Of a stretch of DNA of 64,000 nt, positions 47,241 through 56,498 are shown one piece after another. The notes below the pieces were generated by a model, which was not told the DNA's origin, made no database searches, and saw only the letters and a program-made list of their open reading frames with translations. Both the position numbers and the translations under genes were made by a program. Origin of the DNA: a virus. The stretch lies in IMG/VR virus record IMGVR_UViG_3300009180_000039, positions 6,243 through 70,242 of that record. One strand, 5' to 3'. Position 1 is the stretch's first letter; each line of letters begins with the position of its first letter.

Positions 47241-48632
47241 TTAAATAAACTCCGAAATAAGGTGGAAACGACCAAGGGGAGGTGCGCCTCCCACAGCCAA
47301 ATAAGACGATGGTAGTTGTGACAGATAGTTCCGCTCCCGCAAAACTATCCAATTCATTCTTGTGATCTGTTGATCTCTTTCCGTTACGGTCGCGTTTAGC
47401 CCTAAGCAGGCGTTAGCATACGCCCAAATAGACTTGCTACCAGTAAATGAGGATTGTGTTAGCCAGTAGGTGCTACCGTGGTAAGCATCTGCGTTGACTT
47501 GACTAGCAGTAAGCACAAGGGACTTGAACTCGCTGCTAATAGCCCTAAGCTTAGACCACGCATGTTCTATCGCTTCATGGCTTTTTTCAAAGCCCCGGCT
47601 AAACCCAAGCAAAGCGGCATAGTCGATTCCAATAACATCAGGAACCCATCCCTTGTTTGCCCATCCCAGTAGTGTCTTGTGTAAATCTTCTACTGTCATG
47701 GTTCGGGCTGGTCTTGTGATAAAACGAATTAGGCACTCGCCTGCCGGGTCTTTTAGCTTAGTCCACGCTTCGCTTGCCTCGTCAGTAGTATACGCAGCCT
47801 TCTGGTACTTCTCTAAGTATTCCAAAGAAAATTCTTTGTTTTCGTACTTCAGGCTCGTAGGAATCTTGATTTTCCCCGCAAATTCGGACTTACCTACGAA
47901 TCCAGTAGTCCATCGCTTTAGCATTTGCTCGGTGCTCAAGTCACCCAGATTAAAGAAAGCGACACGCTTTCCCTGTAGCAATGCCCTCTGGCATAGATTG
48001 GTCAGGTGGCTGGACTTACCTGACTTATCCGCACCGCATAGAACTACTAAAGCATCCCTGTGTAACGTAGGTCCGAACCACCGGCTGATTGCAGTCCCTT
48101 CTTTGAACTTAATCAAAGGCTCATAATTAGCCGCTGTATGGGATTGGGCAATAATAGAAGGGTCATTGATGGGGTCCAGGTAGTCAACATCGGCAGTCAA
48201 TGTTGGAGGTTGCCATGTTTTGATAGTATCCGTGGCAGCTTGGACGTTGCCGTTGGCTAACGCAGCTTGGACCCTATCGGCTAGTTGCTTTGCTGAATGG
48301 CGGACAACTAGCCTTTCTATAAGCGAGACAGCATAGTCGGGGTTCAGTTGCGTAGGACTCAATGACGAAAGGAATTTACCGACCAGCGAGGACGTAGCCT
48401 CGTCAGCGGTATTCGCCCATTCGGCATAGATCGCAGTAAGCGATACCGCCCCAGGGGCTTCCTTGTATTCCGCATAGTGCTTTCGGCACCAGTTGTACAC
48501 CAGATTAGATACTTTGGCAGCAAACGGCGATTCGGGCAAAGCATCCACAACTCGGGATAGTACCTCGGTGTCTAAGCACAGAGCTACTAATGCTAGCTGT
48601 TCTTCCGTTCCTTTCACTTGGGTCACTTGCAT
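47241..48632 (-). CDS. dnaB: Replicative DnaB-like (SF4) helicase
   Basis: Walker A GADKSGKS, IGIDYA, LTASQ motifs; next to primase. Confidence 0.88.
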   Translation of the reverse strand: MQVTQVKGTEEQLALVALCLDTEVLSRVVDALPESPFAAKVSNLVYNWCRKHYAEYKEAPGAVSLTAIYAEWANTADEATSSLVGKFLSSLSPTQLNPDYAVSLIERLVVRHSAKQLADRVQAALANGNVQAATDTIKTWQPPTLTADVDYLDPINDPSIIAQSHTAANYEPLIKFKEGTAISRWFGPTLHRDALVVLCGADKSGKSSHLTNLCQRALLQGKRVAFFNLGDLSTEQMLKRWTTGFVGKSEFAGKIKIPTSLKYENKEFSLEYLEKYQKAAYTTDEASEAWTKLKDPAGECLIRFITRPARTMTVEDLHKTLLGWANKGWVPDVIGIDYAALLGFSRGFEKSHEAIEHAWSKLRAISSEFKSLVLTASQVNADAYHGSTYWLTQSSFTGSKSIWAYANACLGLNATVTERDQQITRMNWIVLRERNYLSQLPSSYLAVGGAPPLGRFHLISEFI

Positions 48633-49309
48633 GTTGACCCCTTTGGTCTTTGAGACACTGCTTGTTCGTGAGTCCAGCCCTTGTTTATTCTATGGTTTAT
48701 AGTAGTTATGCCCACGCCATAGACCCTAGACCATTCCGATATTGTTTTAGTTTCTCCAAATGCTGTTATGTGTCGATTGCATCGTTTATTGTTTGCCTGT
48801 TCTTTTGCTGTTGCCCATCGACAGTTTTCAGGGCAGTAATCTCCGTTTACGTCGATTCGGTCAACCGAATGCTTAGGAGAAGGTCTCGGCCCCATGTCTT
48901 CTAGGAAGTTTAGGTACCCGCCGTTTTCTGCTTTCCATCTTGAACACACTTCTATCCCCCTTCCTCCGTAGTGGGGGTAAGATTTTACTTTCTGATTATA
49001 GCATCGCGTGTGCATACTTGACCACGCTCTATATTCAGGCGGCTGCTTGCCATGTACACCATGCCCATGTGTAATTGATCTATTCCTAGTGACTTCCTTG
49101 GCCAAGCACCCACATGAATGTGTCTGTTTTCCTAAACACTGTCGCATAACTACGGCTGTGTTACCGCAAGCACACTGGCAAGTTTGATAGGTCAGCTTGC
49201 CTAGAATGAATCTAGGACCAATGGTCGTTAAACGACCGAAAGTCTCGGGAACAAAATTTTGGTAATCCTTGTCAATACGGATACCATTGATTACAATATA
49301 CTTAGCCAT
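48623..49309 (-). CDS. HNH endonuclease 2 (free-standing)
   Basis: Same motif set as HNH1; shares the FVPETFGRLTT N-terminus. Confidence 0.9.
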   Translation of the reverse strand: MAKYIVINGIRIDKDYQNFVPETFGRLTTIGPRFILGKLTYQTCQCACGNTAVVMRQCLGKQTHSCGCLAKEVTRNRSITHGHGVHGKQPPEYRAWSSMHTRCYNQKVKSYPHYGGRGIEVCSRWKAENGGYLNFLEDMGPRPSPKHSVDRIDVNGDYCPENCRWATAKEQANNKRCNRHITAFGETKTISEWSRVYGVGITTINHRINKGWTHEQAVSQRPKGSTCK

Positions 49310-49402
49310 GATGACTCCTATTAGTCGTTGGTGGTTAGAAAAGCCGGGAGTGTGGTTACTCCCGGCTTTTCGCATTGTAGCACAAACGACAGGTCGTTGC
49401 AA
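49269..49402. promoter_or_regulatory. Convergent promoter / hairpin / antisense-RNA cassette of HNH2
   Basis: Minus TTGCAA-17-TACAAT (49402-49374); 14-bp hairpin 49338-49371; plus TTGTCA-17-TACAAT (49269-49297) inside the ORF. Confidence 0.8.
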
Positions 49403-49413
49403 GGAAATCATAG

Positions 49414-49707
49414 CTACCAGCCGCCCTTGAACTGGATCTGTTCTCTGATGGCCCGCTTCGTTTCGGTAACGATACGGAAATCAACGTCCGGTTTCGGGAT
49501 TCGGTTGTCCCTACTGTTTAGTCTATCCCAAGTAGCGTCGATCCTGAACTTGTGTCGAGTGGATGGTCGAGATAACTCGTAATAGCTATCCAAGACAATT
49601 CCTAGGGACTCGCACCAATAGAAGCGATATCGCTTCCCGGTGAGCCCTTTCAAAGTGTCTACAATCCCTTCAGTTGGATCAACGTCTACTGTTGCTGCCA
49701 GTCCCAT
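49414..49707 (-). CDS. Hypothetical protein
   Basis: ORF directly after primase; RPS.RHK motif. Confidence 0.6.
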   Translation of the reverse strand: MGLAATVDVDPTEGIVDTLKGLTGKRYRFYWCESLGIVLDSYYELSRPSTRHKFRIDATWDRLNSRDNRIPKPDVDFRIVTETKRAIREQIQFKGGW

Positions 49708-49708
49708 C

Positions 49709-50581
49709 CTATTTCTCCCCAAAAGCAAAGCGTCTAAGTTGCCGGACCTCTTGCTCGGATGCCGAGCCTGGGTCTTCTGCGTCCAAATTTACCACAACAG
49801 TTTCTCCTGGGAATACAGATAATTCAGCGGCTAGCTTATTTGCCCTACGCTGTGCATTTTCACTATTGTCAAAGCAGATGATCCTACGCCATATACTGGC
49901 GAGACGATCCACTTGTGCCATAGTGTATGACACACCAAGGGTTGCTACGCAACCTTTACCTACCCGGAACACATCCGTAGGCCCCTCGCAAATGATACAC
50001 GTATCCTTGACGAACTGTGCCCCGAAAAGCAAAGTTTTTTCGTCCATCGACTTTTCGCCGGGACCGGCGTTGCGATACCTCGGCTCTTGCCCGCACGCGG
50101 CCCTAGCCGTCCAGCTAACCGCTTTGCGGTTCAAGTAGATGGGCATGAACACCCGGAACGGGTAATTGCTGAATGGTCCGGTTGCCCGGACTCCCCAGAC
50201 CGTCTCCAGGTACTCTAAATCAAAGCTACGCTGCTTCAGATAGGCAGCTACGGCAGGTACAGCCTCAAGCGGCTGGAGCATAGTAGGCGGAATAAATACG
50301 CCCTTAGAAGCGGTATCCGCTTCCTTGGGTAGATAGGCTCGGTTCCCGAGCAGTTTGTAGATTTCCGACCACGGGGCATCGGTCAGGTCTTTTAGTAGCT
50401 TAGGGACGTGAAACGACCCACAGACGTAGCAATTGGACCTGGAAAGATCGTCTTTTAGACCGCAGTGGAACTTGGTAGAGCCACAGCGAGGGCAATCGGT
50501 CTGGGTCCACCCATGTCTTGAGTGCGAGCGGTCAGTCTTCGACCATCTCGCACCGTATTTATCAAGGAATTCAGTAAGCAT
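49709..50581 (-). CDS. DNA primase (Zn finger + TOPRIM)
   Basis: CP.C...C..C, YL..R, CEG..D, A.LG, FDN and DPG motifs. Confidence 0.9.
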   Translation of the reverse strand: MLTEFLDKYGARWSKTDRSHSRHGWTQTDCPRCGSTKFHCGLKDDLSRSNCYVCGSFHVPKLLKDLTDAPWSEIYKLLGNRAYLPKEADTASKGVFIPPTMLQPLEAVPAVAAYLKQRSFDLEYLETVWGVRATGPFSNYPFRVFMPIYLNRKAVSWTARAACGQEPRYRNAGPGEKSMDEKTLLFGAQFVKDTCIICEGPTDVFRVGKGCVATLGVSYTMAQVDRLASIWRRIICFDNSENAQRRANKLAAELSVFPGETVVVNLDAEDPGSASEQEVRQLRRFAFGEK

Positions 50582-50782
50582 TGGCGGCTCTTCTTGTAAT
50601 GAAAAAGGGGGTAAATTCGTTACAAGCTACCCTCTAGGTTGTGTGGTATTTGCCAGCATGGACAAAGTGCCCACACATGCTAATCACTATGACCGTGGGC
50701 GGGTCTATGACACAGAAACCCTCTAGGGGCCTAGGCCCCATTAGGTTTGCATGGTTCCAGTGCCAGACAATGATTACCATAA

Positions 50783-51025
50783 TCACTCCTGCGGAAGGTC
50801 AGAAAACAATAGCAATTCTTCGTACCCTGAATCCTCATCTGGCAGGCTATCTGTTTCTACTATCCGTAGACCCTTGTGCCAGTGATCGCAAATGCGATCC
50901 ATAGCTAAGGTTCTACCTTCCGTATCGTTACGCCCATTTCCGAAAACAGGTCCGCACGTAAATCGAACGCCTAGGTGCCAAAATATCTTGTCTTTGTCAC
51001 ATACGACGTAGTAATCTGTGCTCAT
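50783..51025 (-). CDS. Hypothetical protein
   Basis: 80-aa ORF, MST.Y...C motif. Confidence 0.55.
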   Translation of the reverse strand: MSTDYYVVCDKDKIFWHLGVRFTCGPVFGNGRNDTEGRTLAMDRICDHWHKGLRIVETDSLPDEDSGYEELLLFSDLPQE

Positions 51026-51144
51026 ATTAACGTAACTTATCCTAATTTGACGTAATTATATGAGGGGCTCACCGTAATGAATCGGTATTTTCCGTAGGGG
51101 CTATTCACCCTTTCTTGGACGCATTCAATATGCTACTGCCCCAG

Positions 51145-51217
51145 CAAACCAGCCAGGACTTGAACCTGGAACCTTCGGTTTTGGGAACCGACGCTCTACC
51201 AATTGAGCTACTGGAAT
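51145..51217 (-). tRNA. tRNA-Trp(CCA), degenerate
   Basis: D arm GCTC-AATTGGTA-GAGC, anticodon arm TCGGT-TCCCAAA-ACCGA, T arm CCAGG-TTCAAGT-CCTGG; two T-T mismatches in the acceptor stem, C33, no encoded CCA. Confidence 0.75.
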
Positions 51218-51263
51218 GGGTAGCCGATATTTAATACGCCCTCGGCAAACGATGCTGTTCTAC

Positions 51264-51377
51264 TCAGTATCCTTTGGTCCCCTTGCCACCCTTACCACTG
51301 CCGCCCTTCGGTGCGGACTTGGTTCCTGTGGACTTAGTACCTGATCCCTTGCCGCCTTTTGCATCGCCCTTTTTCAT
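51264..51377 (-). CDS. 37-aa Lys/Gly-rich basic peptide (below the ORF-track size cut-off)
   Basis: MKKGDAKGGKGSGTKSTGTKSAPKGGSGKGGKGTKGY; ATG just after the upstream stop; varied synonymous codons. Confidence 0.65.
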   Translation of the reverse strand: MKKGDAKGGKGSGTKSTGTKSAPKGGSGKGGKGTKGY

Positions 51378-51378
51378 A

Positions 51379-51945
51379 TCATGCCCTTTCACTTGCTCGT
51401 TTTACGAGCCTGAGATACTCTACAAACTTAGGATGATCCACTCTGAATCTCCTGACTCTTGGTGACCCGTTCCGGGCCATTAGCACAAACCAATCATACA
51501 CGAAAGAAACGGCTGACGGTAGGTACTGGTACAACAAAGTTCCTTCAATTTCCTTGAAGTACGCTTTGTAACCCTGCAACGCTGCTTGCACGTACTCTGG
51601 GTCGATGCTATTGCTGTTGTCCACAATCCTTTCCCATAGTTCATAGGCTTGGATACTGACAGGTAGCTTGCTGGCCACGGGGTCTAGTTCGGCCTCTGCT
51701 AGCAGGGCCTTGAAGTTCCGTACTAGGCTCGGTGTCCCTGGGGCGAATCCCGCCCTATGGACCGATAGCCAATTGACTACGGCTTCAATCTGTTGTTCTG
51801 AAAAGCCTCGTCGAATCAAGTCCTTGAAATCCGCAAGACGGGCAGTGCCCACAGTAACTTGACGGTATTTGGTAAATAACTCGACGAGGCGTGATTTGTT
51901 TTCTTGGCGGAGATGTTGGAACATGGTTAGGGTCGCTTTTTCCAT
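51379..51945 (-). CDS. Hypothetical protein
   Basis: 188-aa ORF in the operon. Confidence 0.7.
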   Translation of the reverse strand: MEKATLTMFQHLRQENKSRLVELFTKYRQVTVGTARLADFKDLIRRGFSEQQIEAVVNWLSVHRAGFAPGTPSLVRNFKALLAEAELDPVASKLPVSIQAYELWERIVDNSNSIDPEYVQAALQGYKAYFKEIEGTLLYQYLPSAVSFVYDWFVLMARNGSPRVRRFRVDHPKFVEYLRLVKRASERA

Positions 51946-52106
51946 GCTGAGTAAACGGTTTCGATGCCCCAGCTAACTGCTGAGCCTATGCAAAGACCAA
52001 GAGTGAAATCATGTAGCGGGCCGTCGTTTACGACGAAAGTGTAGACACCGGCAAAAATTGCCAGAGTACCTAGTCCCGTGAGTATTAGTTTGCAGGTCAG
52101 TATCAT
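51927..52106 (-). CDS. Small two-TM membrane protein
   Basis: Hydrophobic; ATGA-coupled. Confidence 0.55.
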   Translation of the reverse strand: MILTCKLILTGLGTLAIFAGVYTFVVNDGPLHDFTLGLCIGSAVSWGIETVYSAWKKRP

Positions 52107-52768
52107 TGTTTCTTCGCCCATTCCAATAGTTCTTTGAGCCTACGGGCGGACCCCGCCCTCGCAGGCCATGTGACATTACGCTCTTGGTCCTCTGTGGCTT
52201 TATGCCACTCGGACCCTCCTGACACCACGCCAATAATCCCTGTGTCTATAACGGCGGGACCGCCGCTCTGTCCTGGAGCCACAGAGCTATCTGAGTATAC
52301 ACTGTCTTTGGCAGCAAAGGACACTTTTCCAGAAGTTTCTAGCCAATTTCCGCTACCGAACCCGTAGAACGTGACTTTCACGTTACTGGGCTGATAGCTG
52401 AAGCCAATCTTATCTACTCGTAGATCCTCGGCTACATCGACCAAAGCAAGCAGTTCAAACCGCTTGCTAGTGGTACACTGGATGACTGCGACATCTGCCT
52501 TAACGTCCACAGCGGACACCTTGGCATTGGGCATGTCCTTGATCGTGTCATTCTCCAAAGTGTAGGAGTTACCCTGGAACATCATACCATTGTCCATTAA
52601 AACGACATGGGCAGCGGTTCCTAGGTAAACCTTATCGCCTATCTGCTCGATGGCAAAGGCAGTGCCTTGGCTCTGCTCGGGGGTTCGGATGCGAAAGACA
52701 CCATTGCGTTCTGGGTCTACCGCCATCGCTTGCGATGCTATGAACAAGAAAGCCAGTAAGTATTTCAT
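52103..52768 (-). CDS. Secreted trypsin-like serine protease
   Basis: Signal peptide; TAAHV (His), DVAV (Asp), GQSGGP (Ser). Confidence 0.9.
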   Translation of the reverse strand: MKYLLAFLFIASQAMAVDPERNGVFRIRTPEQSQGTAFAIEQIGDKVYLGTAAHVVLMDNGMMFQGNSYTLENDTIKDMPNAKVSAVDVKADVAVIQCTTSKRFELLALVDVAEDLRVDKIGFSYQPSNVKVTFYGFGSGNWLETSGKVSFAAKDSVYSDSSVAPGQSGGPAVIDTGIIGVVSGGSEWHKATEDQERNVTWPARAGSARRLKELLEWAKKQ

Positions 52769-52778
52769 ATCAATTCCC

Positions 52779-52970
52779 TTACATTAAATCCAAGTCAACA
52801 TCACCCAGAACAGTTAGCTGTCGGTAGGCATAGCAGTCGCTCAGCGACCCGGTGAACTTACGTTCCCATCGCTGATACTCGTCTCGCCAAAAGTACATAA
52901 CATAGGCACCCGGTAGGGTGGCATTCAGGTTGTCTTCGATCTTCCACTTTTTGACTATTTCTGTCATCAT
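52779..52970 (-). CDS. Hypothetical protein
   Basis: 63-aa coupled ORF. Confidence 0.5.
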   Translation of the reverse strand: MMTEIVKKWKIEDNLNATLPGAYVMYFWRDEYQRWERKFTGSLSDCYAYRQLTVLGDVDLDLM

Positions 52971-53302
52971 TATACCTCATGGTCCATTGTTTTCAGTTCT
53001 TCCAGAATCCCAGTCTTACGCCTAGATCGGAACCGATGTAATCGGTCAGCGATATCGAGCCCCTCTCGCATAGCGTATACCTTCAGGTACGACAACACCC
53101 ATTCTACAGGGAAATCGTAACATGCGACGTACTTTTGGAAAGATTCATCTATTTTCTGGTGGAAGTCTTCGACTTCGCTAGCGGTCTTGGCTGTTACTGC
53201 ATTAAGGACTCTTCCAGCATCGTCATCAACGGTAGGTCGTGCGTCGGCTTGCCGTCGATCACTGCTGCTGCTATCCCCGCCTTCATCTCTATCGCCTTGC
53301 AT
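52970..53302 (-). CDS. Hypothetical protein (true start probably near 53200)
   Basis: C-terminal part fills the gap after the helicase gene. Confidence 0.45.
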   Translation of the reverse strand: MQGDRDEGGDSSSSDRRQADARPTVDDDAGRVLNAVTAKTASEVEDFHQKIDESFQKYVACYDFPVEWVLSYLKVYAMREGLDIADRLHRFRSRRKTGILEELKTMDHEV

Positions 53303-54528
53303 AGCTTCTCCTCAATAGTGTTCTCGGTCAAAAGAAATATGGTCCGGGTATCCCGGTCTTGTCCTATCCGGTGGTTCCGGGCATTCAACTGCTCGACCGC
53401 TCTGCTGGTCCAGGGTAGCTCTGCGACTACGGTAGTGGTCGCTGCTGTCAGAGTGATCCCTGCACCAGCGGCCTTAATTTGGCATATAGCTAGTTTTTTC
53501 TGGGGATCGTTCTGGAACTGCTCAATCAGTTTAGTCCGCTTCGCGGCGGAGACTGAACCGTTAATGACTATGGACTCGTCTTCGGCAGCGGCTCGCCGCT
53601 GAATGACATCAATAAACTTGGTATGGATTGCGAAGACTATTAGCTTCTCATTAGGATTCTCCGCAAGGAACTTGCGAATCCACATAACTGTAGCTCTTGC
53701 CTTGCATCTAGCAACCAGCATAAGTAGATTAGTTAGTAGGGATAACTTGTCCGCTCCCTTGGTGCGGAATAGTCCATGATCCCTAATAGCCCCAACGTAC
53801 TTTTTGTGGAGTACGTCGTAGGTCTCCCGGTCGTCCATCGCAATAGTCTCGATGCTGACAGTCTGCTTGGGCAGGTTCAGTATGGACTTGTCCCTTCGGA
53901 GCATAAACGGCTTTAGCCGTTCGTGTAACTCGGGCAGGTGGCAAGCACCTTTGTATTGCCAGCCGAAACGCTCGTGGTACGTGGGCGAACAGTATCGCCA
54001 TAGGTACTCCCGTTCATCGGGGAAAAGGTCCGGTCGAATCATGTGGAGCATTGGGTAGAAACAGGCGGGGCGGTTAGCTATCGGAGTACCGCTGAGCCCC
54101 ATGACCCTTGGGCAATGCTTGCCGATGGTCATAGCTGCTGCTGTCCATTTGGTTGCCTTGTTGGCTAAAGTGTCACATTCATCAAACACCACCAAAGAAA
54201 ACTGCTGTTCCAGCAGCCATTCCTTCTGGTGGTGCAGGATGTCATAGTTGATAATAGCCAACTGGTGGGTCATTTCACCCTCGTAGGGTGCTTGACCATC
54301 AACTATGACTGCCTTGTGTCCTGTGAACTCCTGAAACTCTTTCTTCCATGCCCCTTTGACCGCAGGCGGACAGACCACCAGCATGGGCCATTTGTCAAGG
54401 TACTCCATGTACATGATAGTAGAGAGCGTCTTGCCAAGACCAGGAACCGAAGAATTTAAGATCCTTCCATCATTTGCCTTAGCAAACTCAAAAGCTTCTA
54501 CTTGGTGGGGCAGGGGCGTTTTACGCAT
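53194..54528 (-). CDS. SNF2-family (HARP/ZRANB3-like) helicase
   Basis: GLGKT, INYD, VFDEC, LSGTP, LRR.K, AG.GITLT.A, Q...R.HRIGQ motifs. Confidence 0.93.
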   Translation of the reverse strand: MRKTPLPHQVEAFEFAKANDGRILNSSVPGLGKTLSTIMYMEYLDKWPMLVVCPPAVKGAWKKEFQEFTGHKAVIVDGQAPYEGEMTHQLAIINYDILHHQKEWLLEQQFSLVVFDECDTLANKATKWTAAAMTIGKHCPRVMGLSGTPIANRPACFYPMLHMIRPDLFPDEREYLWRYCSPTYHERFGWQYKGACHLPELHERLKPFMLRRDKSILNLPKQTVSIETIAMDDRETYDVLHKKYVGAIRDHGLFRTKGADKLSLLTNLLMLVARCKARATVMWIRKFLAENPNEKLIVFAIHTKFIDVIQRRAAAEDESIVINGSVSAAKRTKLIEQFQNDPQKKLAICQIKAAGAGITLTAATTTVVAELPWTSRAVEQLNARNHRIGQDRDTRTIFLLTENTIEEKLCKAIEMKAGIAAAVIDGKPTHDLPLMTMLEESLMQ

Positions 54529-54922
54529 TATCCTTCACTTGGCAATAGCGATAGTACCCATCGGGCTCATCCGAATCCTCTTCCTCCGCCACAGCGAACG
54601 GATATTCCGTTCCTCGGCAAGCATCGTACCCAACCAAGAAGCCGATTTCTGGGTTGGTCTCAATGTCCAGAGAGTCGTCGCTGTAGCGACAGACTACTGG
54701 ACCATTATCTAGGTCCGATGGGCGAGCTTCTCGCCAAACTTCTGCCTTACGCATGATTGGGTACTCTGCTGTGATAAGGTGGACTGCTGTTATTACCTCG
54801 GCGTCGTCTGGATCGTACAAGTACGCCTCGCCCACTTTCGGTGTCCGATACTCGCCCGTATACTCAAAGCCCTGTATCCGGGGTAATTCCATCTCGACCT
54901 TAACCATTTTCTTTTTTGCCAT
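54521..54922 (-). CDS. Hypothetical protein, GxEYxGEYR paralog family (copy 3)
   Basis: PRIQGFEYTGEYR...IMRKAEVW. Confidence 0.8.
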   Translation of the reverse strand: MAKKKMVKVEMELPRIQGFEYTGEYRTPKVGEAYLYDPDDAEVITAVHLITAEYPIMRKAEVWREARPSDLDNGPVVCRYSDDSLDIETNPEIGFLVGYDACRGTEYPFAVAEEEDSDEPDGYYRYCQVKDNA

Positions 54923-55244
54923 ATTGTACCTCACAATGTTTGAACCATAAACCACTCTGGGACCGCCAGCCCGCAAACGGGCGATGGTCCACCACAACGT
55001 CGTATACCCAAGGATCATGTCTAGTCAGCCTAAACCTAGCAGGACGGGGAACCCCGTCCCATGCACCCAAGGTCAATCGCTTCCAATTGTTTTCAATCTT
55101 CCGCAGGATAGCCACAGGGCAAAGCATCATAGGGCTATTGTAGTCATGCTGCATGACCTCACCCATCGATCTCAAATACAGTTCCCCGTGATCGGGATAC
55201 CCGATCCTGATTAACTCAAAGCCTTCTGGGATTCCTGAGACCAT
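54900..55244 (-). CDS. Hypothetical protein, divergent member of the same paralog family (copy 4)
   Basis: IPEGFEL....P..GELYL...ILRK....WKRLT. Confidence 0.7.
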   Translation of the reverse strand: MVSGIPEGFELIRIGYPDHGELYLRSMGEVMQHDYNSPMMLCPVAILRKIENNWKRLTLGAWDGVPRPARFRLTRHDPWVYDVVVDHRPFAGWRSQSGLWFKHCEVQYGKKENG

Positions 55245-55726
55245 TAGTTCCTCACAACTACTCGGCGGCCAGCCGCCCTTGTGTGCTTCTCTCTGATCGA
55301 CTCAAGGTCACGCATGACCTCTCGTTCTGATCGACCTACTTGCTTCGCAAGCGACTTGGCCGTATAACGGCCCTGTGCTCCAAGAGCAGCGTCTACAAGA
55401 CTTTGCTCATCTGCATCCAATGATACACTGGAACGAAAGACATCTGCCTCTTTTTGTACTAATTTTGGCATCGTGAACGATGAACGGCGTTTGGTGAACA
55501 GGAAAGACCGAGCAACTTGGAAAATAAAGGTCGTGGGCTTGCCCCGGCTAGGGTCGTACTTCACCCGTTTACGGGTGTAAAACAAGTAAAATTCTTGGAA
55601 TAATTCCTCGGTATCGCCCAAAAACGCACTGTTTCTTGCGGCTTGTGCTAGAATCTTGATGGCGTACTTTGCATTACCGTCAAAAGCGGCATCGAGTTCA
55701 GGTGTTACATTGATGGTACTTTGCAT
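55244..55726 (-). CDS. Sigma-factor-like protein (region 2 + HTH)
   Basis: EELFQE...YDPSRG..TTF region-2 motif and a C-terminal LA..VG.S.R.V HTH. Confidence 0.7.
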   Translation of the reverse strand: MQSTINVTPELDAAFDGNAKYAIKILAQAARNSAFLGDTEELFQEFYLFYTRKRVKYDPSRGKPTTFIFQVARSFLFTKRRSSFTMPKLVQKEADVFRSSVSLDADEQSLVDAALGAQGRYTAKSLAKQVGRSEREVMRDLESIREKHTRAAGRRVVVRN

Positions 55727-55761
55727 GATTGCTCCAAAAATTGGTGGTTAAGGTTCCGACT

Positions 55762-55797
55762 TCGGTGTAATCATAGCGTCGGTTACACCGACGACAA
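55762..55797 (-). promoter_or_regulatory. Promoter with overlapping inverted repeat
   Basis: Minus TTGTCG-16-TATGAT overlapped by TCGGTGTAA...TTACACCGA. Confidence 0.5.
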
Positions 55798-55826
55798 GGG
55801 CTATCCAAACAAAAAGGGAAAATTTT

Positions 55827-56498
55827 ATGGCAAGAGTTTTGGTCATAGGTGACACGCATTGTCCCGGAATGCTTTCAAAATATCCTGCGTTTTTGTCCAA
55901 GGTCGAAAAGACCTACAAATGCAACAAGGTCATTCATATCGGCGATAATGTCGATAATGCTGCGATTTCTTACCATGACAAACATCCAGGTCTCTCTAGT
56001 GCTAGTGAGGAATACAAGAAAGCCAAGAAGCAAGTGCTGGAGCTTTACAAGCGATTTCCCAAGGTAACCCTATGTCTCGGGAACCATGACGCATTAACAG
56101 AGAGACAAGCGACTTCTGCGGGCCTTCTGCCTGAATGGATTAAGGACTACAAGCAAATGTGGTTTGTCCCAAGCTGGGAAATCGTTCCACGATTCGGGTA
56201 CGTCGAGATCGACGACGTGCGGTATGAGCACGGGGATGCTGGGAAATCTGGGCAGTTTGCTGCCGTTAAGACATCCAGAGCCCGTTTCCAGTCTATATGT
56301 AGCGGCCACTGTCACGCCGAGGCAGGCGTATGGTGGACGTGCAACGGTAACGCTAGGGTCTTCGGAATGAACGTGGGAACAGGGATGGACCATAAGCTAC
56401 TACAGTTTGAATACGGGCAGAAGTTCACTAGCAAGCCTATGGTGGGCTGTGGTGTTGTCATCGACGGCCATCCTATTTTTATCCCAATGGACCTCTGA
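55827..56498 (+). CDS. Calcineurin-like metallophosphoesterase
   Basis: GDTH, GD.VD, GNHD, HG, GHCH motifs. Confidence 0.9.
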   Translation: MARVLVIGDTHCPGMLSKYPAFLSKVEKTYKCNKVIHIGDNVDNAAISYHDKHPGLSSASEEYKKAKKQVLELYKRFPKVTLCLGNHDALTERQATSAGLLPEWIKDYKQMWFVPSWEIVPRFGYVEIDDVRYEHGDAGKSGQFAAVKTSRARFQSICSGHCHAEAGVWWTCNGNARVFGMNVGTGMDHKLLQFEYGQKFTSKPMVGCGVVIDGHPIFIPMDL

